Source of the DNA: Octopus sinensis
Taxonomy: Eukaryota
DNA: 64,000 nucleotides
Direction of reading: 5' to 3'
Assembly (NCBI RefSeq): GCF_006345805.1
Contig: NC_043011.1
Coordinates: 1 to 64,000, forward strand
Under the pieces are notes generated by a model, which worked only from the letters and a program-made list of their open reading frames with translations, was not told the DNA's origin and ran no database searches. This document shows, in pieces, positions 11,989 to 23,881 of the stretch (its first letter is position 1; every line of letters starts with the position of its first letter). Made by a program: the position numbers and the translations under genes.

Positions 11989-12129
11989 TATATACGACGG
12001 GCTACTTTTCGTCTACCAAATCCCGAGGCTATAGTACAAGACACTTGCCTAAGGTGTCATGCAGTGGAACTGAACCCAGAACCTTGTGGTTGGGAAGCAA
12101 GTTTCTTACCACTCAACCACTCCTGTGCC
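11636..12129 (-). mobile_element. SINE family B with expanded internal (TA)n
   Basis: Same head and tail modules as 10723-11101, with ~180 bp of internal TA/CA repeat. Confidence 0.8.
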
Positions 12130-12316
12130 AATATGTGTATATGTCTCTATGCATACATACGTATCAGCATACCTGCGTATATTATTTGTATGTTATTTGT
12201 GTCATAAATATAAGCATACAGTCACATATTCACATATACATTTGTGTGTGTCTATGTATATGTACGTATACATATATATCCATATAAACATATGTATGTG
12301 TTTATACATAGATGTA

Positions 12317-13598
12317 TTAGGTTGGCAACTAAGTTCCCGCCGGTTTTTTTTTAATTTAAACCTTTTAAAAGGTTTACTGAAAAATAGCAATTAATTAATC
12401 AATAATGTATTCACCCTTGTTGTTTACAACTTTTTCCCAACGTTCAACAAAATTTTCAATACCTTGTTGGTAAAAATCACCCAATTTCGACTCGAAAAAT
12501 TGATCCAACCAAGCTCTCAATTCTGTATCAGTATTGAACAAAACTCCGCACATGGCATTTGAAAGAGATCGAAAGAGGTGGAAATCCGTTGGTGCCAAAT
12601 CAGGAGAGTACGGCAGGTGTAGCAGCAATTCCGAGCCATGCGTTTGAATGGCTTCCTTGATCATATTGGCGAAATGAGGGCGGGTGTTGTCGCGCAGCAG
12701 AAGAACTCCGTGCTGACGATTAGATATTTTCTCTTGAATAGCCGTGTTTAGTCGTTCCATCTGTTGAACATAGAGTTTCGCGTTGACCGTTTGGTTCCGT
12801 TCAAGCAATTCGTAATGGATAATCCCTTCCCAGTCCCACCATACACACAACATCGTTTTACGCGGATGAAGATCTTGTTTCACGCGTGGTGTCGCTTGTT
12901 TACTGAGGCTAAACCATTCCTTACGCTGCTTCATATTGATGTACAGGCACAATTTTTCGTCGCCAGCAACGATTCGGTAAATAAATCGTTGCTTGTGTCC
13001 ATGAGTTGAGCGATGACGAGCAAGCAACCCAGCGAAGATTGTGGCTCGTTGATTTTTGCTGTTGTCACTTAAAACATGCGGAACCCATGCTCCAAACTTC
13101 TGAACCTTTCCCATCGAGTGAAGATGCTTCTCTATAGCGGTGTTGGAGCATTCCATTTCCTCTACCAGTTTCTTTGTCGTTTAACGAAAATGTTCGTGCA
13201 AAAGTCAGTTTAATGGCTTTTCAGGGAATTCAACTGGACGGCCAGAACGAGGTGTGTCTTTGAGGTCAAAATTTCCATTTTTCAACTTGGCATACCAATC
13301 ACGAGCGCTTCTTTCAGCTATGGCACCCTCTCCATACGCAACACAAATGTCGCGAGCAGCTTTTGCGGCCTTAGAACCTTGATTAAAAGCAAAAAGGAGG
13401 TGTCGAAAATGCTCGTATTTCTTAATTTGACATTCCATTTTAATGATCTGAAAATAAACAAAAATTAACTACAATTACCAAAATAGATTCCAAAATGATT
13501 CAAAAATAGAATTCTCGAAAAAGTAGATTTAAAAAATTTAAAAACGCAATAAATTCCAAACTTAAAAAAAAACGAAGCGAACTTAGTTGCCAACCTAA
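12317..13598 (-). mobile_element. Full-length mariner (DD34D) transposon, 1282 bp, inactive
   Basis: TIRs ttaggttggcaactaagttc at both ends, flanked by TA (12315-16 and 13599-600). The transposase is one reading frame with two internal stops. Confidence 0.95.
12395..13438 (-). pseudogene. mariner transposase, 347 codons, two in-frame nonsense codons
   Basis: Motifs WVPHVL, AGDEKL, DNTRPH and PYSPDLAPTD, with 34 residues between the second and third D. ORFs 13205..13438 and 12395..13156 share a frame, joined by KPLN*LLHEHFR*TTKKL. Confidence 0.92.
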
Positions 13599-13606
13599 TA
13601 TCTACA

Positions 13607-13968
13607 GTGGAGGCCCACTAGCCCTGTCGTTGGGGCAAGAGACTCACGATTGTGGGATTGCGGTTTCGATTCCTAGACAGGGCGTTGTGAGTGTTTATAG
13701 AGCGAAAACACCTAAAGTTCTATGAGGTTTCGGTAGGGTGTGGTGGCGAACCCTGCTTTACTCTTTCACCACAACTTTCTCTCAACTTTTCTTCTTGTTT
13801 CTCTTGTACATGTATTCCAAAGGACCAGCCTTGTCACACACTGTATAACGTTGAATCTCCGGGAGAACTACGATAAGGGTATACGTGTCTGCGGAGTGCT
13901 CAGCCACTTGCAAGTTAATTGAACGGATCAATCAGAGCCCACGTCGTCGTAACCGACGGATTGCCAAG
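13607..13968 (+). mobile_element. tRNA-derived SINE, family D
   Basis: Head gtggaggc..., B-box ggtttcgattcc, gttgtgagtgttta..gagcgaaaacacctaaag, tail gtcgtaaccgacgga. Related copies at 21110, 34793, 35716, 46083 and 54965. Confidence 0.8.
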
Positions 13969-14160
13969 ATGTATCTATAAACACACACCACACACACACA
14001 CCACACACACACACACACATCTATATATATATATATATATATAGATATATAATAAATTATAATTATAATAATAATAATAATAATATTAGGGAGTAAATCC
14101 AAATTTACAGGGAAAAATTAGATTTAGATTAAATCTAATTTTACAGTATAAATATAAATT

Positions 14161-14579
14161 AAATTAGAGATAAAACCACTATTAGGCAAATCAAACAGTG
14201 AAAACATAAACCAAAACATAGAAATAAAATTAATTAATATAATATACAAAATATATAAAATATAAAATTCAAAAAATTTAAATTATTTAATTTAAAGTAA
14301 AAATTTAAAATTATTAATTTATATTTATAAATTTTATTATATATATATATATATATATATTATCCTTATTTTTAGTTTTTATTTACTTATTTATTTATTT
14401 TTAAAAAATTATATAACTATCAAAAAGTATAAAAAGTTTAATGTTAAGATAACAAAGTATTTAAATTTTGAATTTTATATTTCATACATTTTGTATATTA
14501 TATTAATTAATTTTATTCTATGTTTTGGTTTATTTTTTCACTGTTTGATTTGACTAATAGTGGTTTTATCTCTAATTTT
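14161..14579. repeat. AT-rich fold-back: ~120-bp inverted arms (14161-14284 / 14459-14579)
   Basis: aaattagagataaaaccactattaggcaaatcaaacagtgaaa... matches the reverse complement of ...tttcactgtttgatttgactaatagtggttttatctctaattt. Confidence 0.9.
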
Positions 14580-14911
14580 AATATATAATATATATATATA
14601 TATATATTATATATATTTTTTTTCATCTAGTTCAGCTCACGAGGTATGGCCATGCTGGGGCACCGCCATTTGGTGTTGCTACATAATATTACTTCAGGAA
14701 AGCTTTTTAGGAATTGACATTTGGTGCATGGCAGAGTTTATATACACATATATATAAATACATATATATACGCACATATGAAAACGATATATTTATCGAT
14801 TGGTCCATAGTTACTAAGAATCATAGTGATAGTAGTACGAAAATTTCATCCTTTCAAACATTCTTAATAGCGGCAGTACCACCGTCATCATTGTCATAAA
14901 CCTCACTCAAA

Positions 14912-15122
14912 CTACGAACTGGTAGAATCGTTAACGCACCGGACAAAACGCTGGACGGCATTTCGGCCGTCTTTAGGATCTGAGTTCAAATTCCACAGGG
15001 GATGACTTTGCCTTTCATGCTCTAGGGGTCGATAATTTAAGTACCAGAGAAACACTGGGGTCGATGTAATCGATTAGTCCCCTCCCCACAATTCCAGGCC
15101 ACGTCGCTTTAGCAGAAAGGTT
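14912..15122 (+). mobile_element. SINE family A
   Basis: Head, gagttcaaattcc, central and tail modules present. Confidence 0.8.
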
Positions 15123-15189
15123 TATTTTTATTATTACTGGTTGTAGTAGTCGTAGTAGCAGTGATTATTGTTTGATTTGGCAGAATCTA

Positions 15190-15191
15190 AT

Positions 15192-15233
<42 letters not shown>

Positions 15234-15447
15234 TCTCTATACGCATGTCTATCTGTATATATTCCTGTGTGTATATATATATGTACACACACACACAAAC
15301 ACACACACACACTCACATACATAAAAGTGTGTCTGTGTATATATGTATGTATGTATAGATAGATAGATATACATACACAGACACGTATACATATATATAT
15401 GTACACGTATATATATGTATATATATATATACATACATACCTATATA

Positions 15448-15483
<36 letters not shown>

Positions 15484-15665
15484 ACATGTATAATATACAT
15501 ATACATACATATGTATAATCTACGTATGTATGTAGGTAATTAACGAATGTATGTTGTATAATATATATATAATATATATATATACATAAAATATGCAAAT
15601 ATACATTTATATATATGTTTAGATATATATATATATAGAGAGAGAGAGATAGATAGATAGATAGA

Positions 15666-15715
<50 letters not shown>

Positions 15716-16263
15716 ATATATACATATTACATATCATCTATTTATCTATTAGCTATCTATCTATCTCTATCTATCTCTATAATATATATATATATATATA
15801 GATATGAAACAGTACGAAACAGATGTATATACGTAATTTCTTTGTGATTGCAATATCAAGGAAAACAACTGGAAAATAAGCGAGGCAATAATAACAGCAA
15901 TAACAAGACCAACGTCATAAACCAGGAGAAACAACATCATCAATAAAAAGGGAATTAATTGCGATAAGAGTTTGATGATGATGATGATGATGACGACTAC
16001 GTTGGAGGGAAATAACTACAATGAAGATGGCGGCTACGATGATGACATTGACCGTTGCGAGGCCAGCGATGACAGACGTGATGGTGGGTGTGTGGGTGAT
16101 AGTTATGTGCATGATATGGATGATTGTAACGATGATGATGACGAAGACCATAGCATCAGCATCATTGTCATTGATCCGAAACGGACGCATTAGCAGGCCC
16201 CAAAAAACATACACACACACACACACATATATATATGTGTGTGTATATATATATATATGTATG

Positions 16264-16307
<44 letters not shown>

Positions 16308-16642
16308 CAATGCATTCATATATGTATGCATTAATATATTCATACATGTCCATACATACAGACATATGTGTATATGTATAACCACAAGCATTACATATCT
16401 ATTTATACATTCATATAACCATATTCCAATATATATATACATATATATACATATACTTACTTGCATACACATTCATTTAACTATATCTATCTATCTATCT
16501 GTCTATCTATACACACAGACACGTCAAGATATGATTATATGAATGCATAAATAGATACGTAATGCGTGTGGGCCTATATATAATACACACACACATATAT
16601 ATATATATTCATTTCGTATATATATTTACATATATATATGTG

Positions 16643-16686
<44 letters not shown>

Positions 16687-16800
16687 CCACATCCATATAT
16701 ATCCATATGTATACATACATACATACATACATACAACATACATACATAGATACATACATACATACATACATACATACATACATACATACATACACAGTTC
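15190..16800. repeat. Compound microsatellite field (CT, CA, TA, AGAT, GAT, TACA)
   Basis: Seen directly. Confidence 0.9.
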
Positions 16801-17624
16801 AATGAGGAAAGATAAAAGGTTCTTAAGCTGTAGGAATGATTAAATATCGGCTCGGCTCCTTTCAACCTTTTAACTAAATAATCTCGGAGAATGAGCGATA
16901 TATGAAGCAGAGAGAATATAAATGTACACCATAAAGTCTTGCCAATCTATGGCGATATTACTGTGGTTCAATTTGCTTGGACAATATCGTTTTTCACAAT
17001 ATCCGCAAATAATATAAACTATTTTGTCCGCCCGTCCGTCCGTTTGTCTGATCGTCCTTCTGTCCTCTGTTTTTCGTTTGTCCATGTCGCGGCGGTCACA
17101 AATTTGCCCAACAACTTTGTCCAGAAACTACATCGGCGCTGTAAGTTTGTTTGTTATGCTGGTGTATGTGTGAGTGTGTGTGTTTGTTTGTGTGAGTGTG
17201 TGTGATGTGTGTGTGTGGGGGAGTGTGTGAGTGTGTGCTTAAACACAATAATACGCGGTGTAGAGACAAAAGGTTTTTTTTTTACACCTAGACTGCCGTA
17301 TACACACACACACGCACGCACGCATATATATATATATATGTCTTTATGTACCTACCTATTTATGTAGGTATCTATCTATCTGTCTATCTATCTATCTGTC
17401 TATCTATATATTTGTCTATCTATCTATTTATTTTATGTATGTATGTGTTTGTGTGTGTGTTATCTTACAAAGTATACACACACACATGCGCACGCACGGA
17501 CGCACATATAATTGCATCTGTACATAAAAACATAAATGAAAATAAGTACTCGTGTATATGAGTTTGTGCTCGCACGCGCGCGCCTATATGTACGTATTTG
17601 TGTGTATGTGTATGTGCGTATGTT

Positions 17625-17668
<44 letters not shown>

Positions 17669-17729
17669 TAGGTAATGAAAATATATATGAGTTACAAGAA
17701 TAACAATAACTGACAATAACGGACAGCAT

Positions 17730-18480
17730 TAGCAGTAAAAACCATCGCCGCCATTACCAACACCTCCACCACCCCTCACTAGCAACAACAACAACAACAG
17801 GAACATCATCATTATCCTCATCATCATCATCATCATCGCCACCAACCCTACCGTTAACAACAACGACATGAAGAAGAACATCAAGAAAACAATTACTCGC
17901 ACCACGACCACTACCAACACCATCGGCACCGCTACCACCACTAACAGCAGACCACCACCACCACCACCGCCATCACCACCACCAGTACCAACACCACCAC
18001 CACCACCACTAGTACCACCACCACCACCACCAGTACCGCCACCACCACCACCGCAACTACCAACAGCCACCCAACACCACCACCGCCACCCTCGTTAACA
18101 TCAACAACTATATCAACAACGGCAAAAAACATACCACCACCACCACCAGCAGCAGCAACACCATTAGCACCGTTATCAGCAGCACGACCATCTCCGCCAC
18201 CAGCACCAGCAGAAGCAGCAACAGCAGCAGCATCAAACACCACCACCACCACCACCACCACCGCAATTACCAACTGCCACCCAAAACCACCACCGCCACA
18301 CTCGTTAACACCAACAACTATATCAACAACAACGGCAAAAAAGGTTTACCACTACCAACGTCACCACAAACACTATCACCAACACCACCACTATATCGAC
18401 CACCGCCACCATCACCACCACCACCACCGGAACCACCAACATACGTCAACAACAAGAACACAAACACCGCAAATAGCGAA
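17730..18480. repeat. (ACC/AAC/AGC)-rich low-complexity region
   Basis: Degenerate triplet arrays; poly-P/T/G ORFs are by-products. Confidence 0.85.
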
Positions 18481-18676
18481 CCATGTACACGGGCTGCCAT
18501 GTCAGCTTGACGTGTTTCCAAAGACGAACCAATCGCATTCCGCCAAAGAGAACCAAAAAAAAAAAAATAGAAAACACAAATATTTGTTTTTATTGGCCAA
18601 CCAACGGGAGGAATGAATATTGGTTTGTCAGAGAAATTCGCTCGCCCGTTCCTTTCATATCTCATTCTCTTTTCTC

Positions 18677-19105
18677 TCTTTTACTTGTTTCAGTCATTTG
18701 ACTGCGGCCATGCTGGAGCACCGCCTTTAATCGAACAACTCGACCCTTGGTACTTATTCTTTGTAAGCCCAGTACTTATTCTATCGGTCTCTTTCGCCGA
18801 ACCGCTAAGTGACGGGACATAAACACACCAGCAACGGTTGTCAAGCAATGCTAGGGGGACAAACACAGACACACAAACACACACGCACACACATATATAT
18901 ATATATATATATACATATATATATAGATATATATATATACATATATACGACGGGCTTCTTTCAGTTTCCGTCTACCAAATCCACTCACAAGGCTTTGGTT
19001 GGCTCGAGGCTATAGTAGAAGACACTTCCCAAGGTGCCACACAGTGGGACTGAACCCGGAACCATGTGGTTGGTAAACAAGCTACTTACCACACAGCCAC
19101 TCCTG
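18677..19105 (-). mobile_element. SINE family B, full length
   Basis: Head, tail and internal (CA/TA)n as in the other B copies. Confidence 0.85.
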
Positions 19106-19131
19106 GGCTATATATTCTTGTATCCTTTTAT

Positions 19132-19475
19132 TCTTTTACTTGTTTCAGTCATTTGACTACGGCCATGCTGGAGCACCGCCTTTTAGTCGAAGCAAAGTTG
19201 ACGACCTCCTAGACATATTCTTTGTAAGACTGGTACTAATTCTATCGGTATCTTTTTGCCGAACTGACGGTCGGGAAGGTGAGAAAATTTTACGTTTCGA
19301 GCCCACGCTCTTCAACAGAAAAGAACAAAAAGAAATATACAGAGAGAATTTTCTTTCAGTTTCCGTCTACCAACTCCACTCACAGGGAATCTGGTCGGCT
19401 CAAGACTATAGTAGAGGACACTTATCCAAGGTGTCACAGGTGGTGAGGAAGCAAGCATCTTACCACACAGCCATG

Positions 19476-19478
<3 letters not shown>
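19132..19478 (-). mobile_element. SINE family B interrupted by a Penelope-type tail fragment (~19270-19350)
   Basis: B tail at 19132-19265, foreign segment carrying the hammerhead-like motif, then B head at 19352-19478. Confidence 0.7.
19287..19323 (-). ncRNA. Variant hammerhead-like motif (CUGUUGA core)
   Basis: Reverse complement UUUU CUGUUGA A GAGC GUGG GCUC GAAAC GUA AAAU: same family as 7751, with a 3-bp helix I. Confidence 0.5.
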
Positions 19479-19539
<61 letters not shown>

Positions 19540-19587
19540 GTGTGTGTGTGTGTGTGCGTGTGTGTGTCTATATATTATATGTATGTT

Positions 19588-19644
<57 letters not shown>

Positions 19645-19652
19645 TAGTAGAT

Positions 19653-19700
<48 letters not shown>

Positions 19701-19788
19701 CGATAGATAGATGATGATAGGTAGGTAGATAGATAGATACATACATACATACATGCATACATACATAGATAGATACATAGATAGATAC

Positions 19789-19824
<36 letters not shown>

Positions 19825-20229
19825 GTAGATAGATAGATACATACATTCATACATACATACATAGACAGACAGACAGGTAGGTAGATGGATTGATAGATAG
19901 ATATATAGCTATCTGTGTGTATGTCTTTGTGTCCTTGTTTGTCCTCTACCACCGCTTGAAAAATGGTGTTGGTTATATACGTAAGTACCGTATATAAACG
20001 ATTCAATTAGAGAGAACGCCGGAATGAATAACAGGCTTAAAATAGAATACTCGAACGATTCATTCTACAGCAAAATTCTTCAAGGAGGTGCCCCAGCATG
20101 GCCGCAGTCAAATGACTGAAACTAATAAAAGAAATGATGTACGCTGGGGGAACGATTGAATTAACCTGGCAATTGAACACATAAGCAGTCAATTGCATCT
20201 CAGCACAAAATACCATAGGCCCAATATAA

Positions 20230-21085
20230 ATAAACGGTACGGCGAATCAAGTGCTGTCGAAATTAAAACAAAAATGAAAATAACACTGAAATCTCATTTT
20301 AACAGATTTATTTACTAAAACTGCATGAATATATCTTGAAATACTAAAGAGTAAATTTATTCAATAAGAGCGCCATTGACTTCACCCACGGTCTGCAGCC
20401 GACAACGAAATCTCCTGATCTTCTGTTTAAGTTGCTGAAAGCTGCCATAATCCTTGCCTTTGGTGTTACAAACAGATTTGTTTGTCTGTGGCTCAACTGC
20501 GCCCCACATATAATGATGAAGGGGGTTGCAGTTTGAGGAGTTAGGTGGTTAGATGTTAGGAGTGACGTAGTCGCAGAAATTGTCTGACAACCATGGGTGG
20601 GTTCTCTTGCTTGTGTGGCATCGTGCAGAGTCCTTTTGCCGGACAGAGGGTCTTCCAGCAGCCACTCTCTTCACCCAGGGCAGCACTACCTCCTCCAGGT
20701 ACTTGATGTAGGCCTCCGTGTTGAGTGCGTGGCCGTATGGAAAGATGTATGGAAAAATAAGGTCGCCATTATTAGTGATCACTCCAAACACCATAATGTT
20801 GACAGGATGTTTGATTTTTATCACTCTCGCTCCATGATCTGAAATTGCACTGTTCTCAAATTGACACCCAGACACTTTCAAATGTTAGAAATTCCGGCGC
20901 GAATGCCAAGCGGTACAGTGCGTCGTTTCCAATTTTCTGGCAGAGTGAATTGCGTCATGGTGCTGTTTTGCTCACAGACGGTGCCCAACTTACCCTACTA
21001 TACTGTGTAGTCGACAAAATCCAAAACAAACAATGCGCATGTGCGGAATGGAAAGTATAAAATACACACAATTCACCCAGTGTGT
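20230..21085 (-). mobile_element. Internally deleted maT-type (DD37D) Tc1/mariner remnant
   Basis: Translation KHPVNIMVFGVI...KDSARCHTSKRT...NI*PPNSSNCNPLH...WGAVE gives 37 residues between D and the (D->H) position. N-terminus MTQFTLPENWKRR...LGVNLRTVQ is joined directly to the catalytic region. Confidence 0.75.
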
Positions 21086-21109
21086 GTGTATATATATATA
21101 TCACCGTGA

Positions 21110-21330
21110 ACACCGTGACCGACCAGTCTCTCAGATGTTGCTACACATCGCTGGTCACAATGCGCTTTGTATTGTTTTAGCCTTCAAGTGACACCATCCC
21201 GCTGGCTGAGCGAGCTGGCCAACAGAAGAAAGAGTACAGCAGGGATCACCACCAACCCCTGCCGAAGCCTCGGGGAGCTTTAGGTGTTTTCGCTCAATAA
21301 ACACTCACAACGCCCGGTCTGGGAATCGAA
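21110..21330 (-). mobile_element. SINE family D-related fragment
   Basis: tttaggtgttttcgctcaataaacactcacaacgcccggtctgggaatcgaaa. Confidence 0.7.
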
Positions 21331-21379
21331 AAGATATATTTATATGCATACACGCACATATGTATATATATATATATAG

Positions 21380-21418
<39 letters not shown>

Positions 21419-21792
21419 GTGTGTGTGTGTGTGTGGTGTGTGTGTGGTGTGTGTGTTGTGTGTGTGTGTTGTGTTTGTGTGTTTACAATATAATATAATA
21501 TATATATATGATCAATTTTTTACTTACATATGCGCGCATATTACGCAAATGTAATAAGTAAACCTCATTCCAATATTTTCATGCCATTCCGTTTCCCAAA
21601 ATACTTTTTCCAAAAAGGGAATACATTTGAGGAAAATTTTCATATATACATATACTACATACATACGTACACACATACACCCACATATATGTATGTTTGC
21701 ATTTATATATGCATTCTGGCTAATGTATTATCTATAAAGGGAATAATAACTTTCTACTCTAGGTACAAGAATATAAAGAGAAACGAAATACC

Positions 21793-22021
21793 TATTTCTT
21801 TACTACCCACAAGGGGCTAAACACAGAGAGGACAAACAAGGACAGACAAACGGATTAAGTCGATTACCTCAACCCCAGTGCGTAACTGGTACTTAATTTA
21901 TCGACCCCGAAAGGCTGAAAGACAAAGCCGACCTCGGCGGAATTTGATCTCAGAACGTAACGGCAGACAAAATACCGCTAAGCATTTCGCCCGGCGTGCT
22001 AATGTTTCGGCCACCTCGCCG
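21793..22021 (-). mobile_element. SINE family A, full length with LINE-like tail
   Basis: Reverse complement of the head at 22021; tail tatttctttactacccacaaggggctaaacacagag. Confidence 0.85.
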
Positions 22022-22295
22022 CATTGATAGGAATAATAAATTGGATTATCACTGATAATTAATGAACGGGAAGAGAATTGTTTTAAAAATCCAACACATC
22101 CTAGAACGTCTACATTTATTTTCCTGGCTGTATTTTCTGTGTACGAAAAATATTTTCGGAAGTTGTCCTAAGTTATTTTGTTGAAGTTATTTCTACAGAT
22201 ATTCCATAGAACCTATATATAGAAGACAAATGTGGGTAATAAGTGCATATTCCATGATTCGGGGGTTGTGCCCCTTCTTCAGCACTCATCTAACC

Positions 22296-22526
22296 CAGTG
22301 GTTACCCCCACCCCAACTAAACACCACAACCATAGACCGCTTTCTGAAGCAAATTCAAAGCGACTGTATTTCACAAATAAAACTTAAACCTAATGAATCC
22401 ATTATTTTGCAGTTTTTTTTTTTTATATAACCGCTATCCCATTATTACCTTACTTTTCTTCAACACCCCCTTAGAACTTTCCACTGCTCCCAGGGGGAGC
22501 AATACTGCCCAATTTGGGAACCACTG
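22296..22526. mobile_element. hAT-type MITE (231 bp)
   Basis: Termini cagtggtt... and ...aaccactg, flanked by an 8-bp target duplication atctaacc / atctaact (7/8). Confidence 0.65.
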
Positions 22527-22929
22527 ATCTAACTATTGCCTCCGAAGACATTGCTTATATAGCCTCCGCATACAGCAATGTTAAGTTATTGGATACACCG
22601 ATTTGCATATTAGACGCATTCCTGGGGCTGGTATTGGGGCCGCCAAATCTTTAATGTTGTCCTAAGTAGTTTCGCTTGTAATCGTCGTTCGTCGACTTCG
22701 TTGTTACTGTTGTAGTTTTAGCCGTTACAGTTTAGCCCAAGGTCAATCTGTGATCAAGTGGATCTTTCATCAACATTGTTCCAATGAAGACCATCGTGTT
22801 TTATTCAAACTCAGTGTTACAAGTAGTGAAGTCTTTAAAGTGTTCTTTGACATTTACGACGGTCTGCTGTAATCTGTGAGTGAGAGTTTGGTACTGTTAT
22901 TCCTGACATGTACTCCTACCATAATTACA

Positions 22930-23047
22930 TCCCTCCTCCTCCTCCTCATCATCATCATCATCATCATCGTCATTATCGTCATCAACATCATCGTCATCAT
23001 CGTCATCATCGTCATCATCGTCGTCGTCGTTATCATCATCATCGTCG

Positions 23048-23079
<32 letters not shown>

Positions 23080-23184
23080 GTCATCATCATCATCATCATC
23101 GTCATCATCATCATCATCATCGTCATTATCGTCATCAACATCATCGTCATCATCGTCATCATCGTCATCATCGTCGTCGTCGTC

Positions 23185-23229
<45 letters not shown>

Positions 23230-23550
23230 CCACCGCCATCATCGTCACGATAGGAAGTTCGATGATGGTAACATCAAGAATAACTAATGACGGCGAAGAC
23301 GACGACGACGACGTCACGTCATCGACAACAACAACATCAACAACAACAGTTTTGGTGCCATCATAATACCACCACCACCACCACCACCACCACCACCACC
23401 ACCATCATCATCTCCCCCACCACCATTAATATCACAATACTCCATAATCACGAATCAGCCATCCGCACGACGCCACCATTATCGTTACCAAAACCACCAG
23501 CACAAACAGCATGCATTTCCTTCTCTAACTCTAACTACTACCTCTACCCC

Positions 23551-23618
<68 letters not shown>

Positions 23619-23850
23619 GCTGCTGCTGCCGCTGTACGTTCGAATGTTGCTAATAATATTATTATTATTAGCACGACTCACCCTCATCATTGTCATGATC
23701 ATCTTCCCCTCCTCATCGTCATCCTCTCCCTCCTCTTCCTCCTCTTAGTGTTCTCCCTTTCTGCTCCTCCTCCACAACCTCCTCCTCATCATCGTCATCG
23801 TCGTATCCAACGTCATCGTCGTGGCAATCGTCATCTTCATCATCATCATT

Positions 23851-23881
<31 letters not shown>

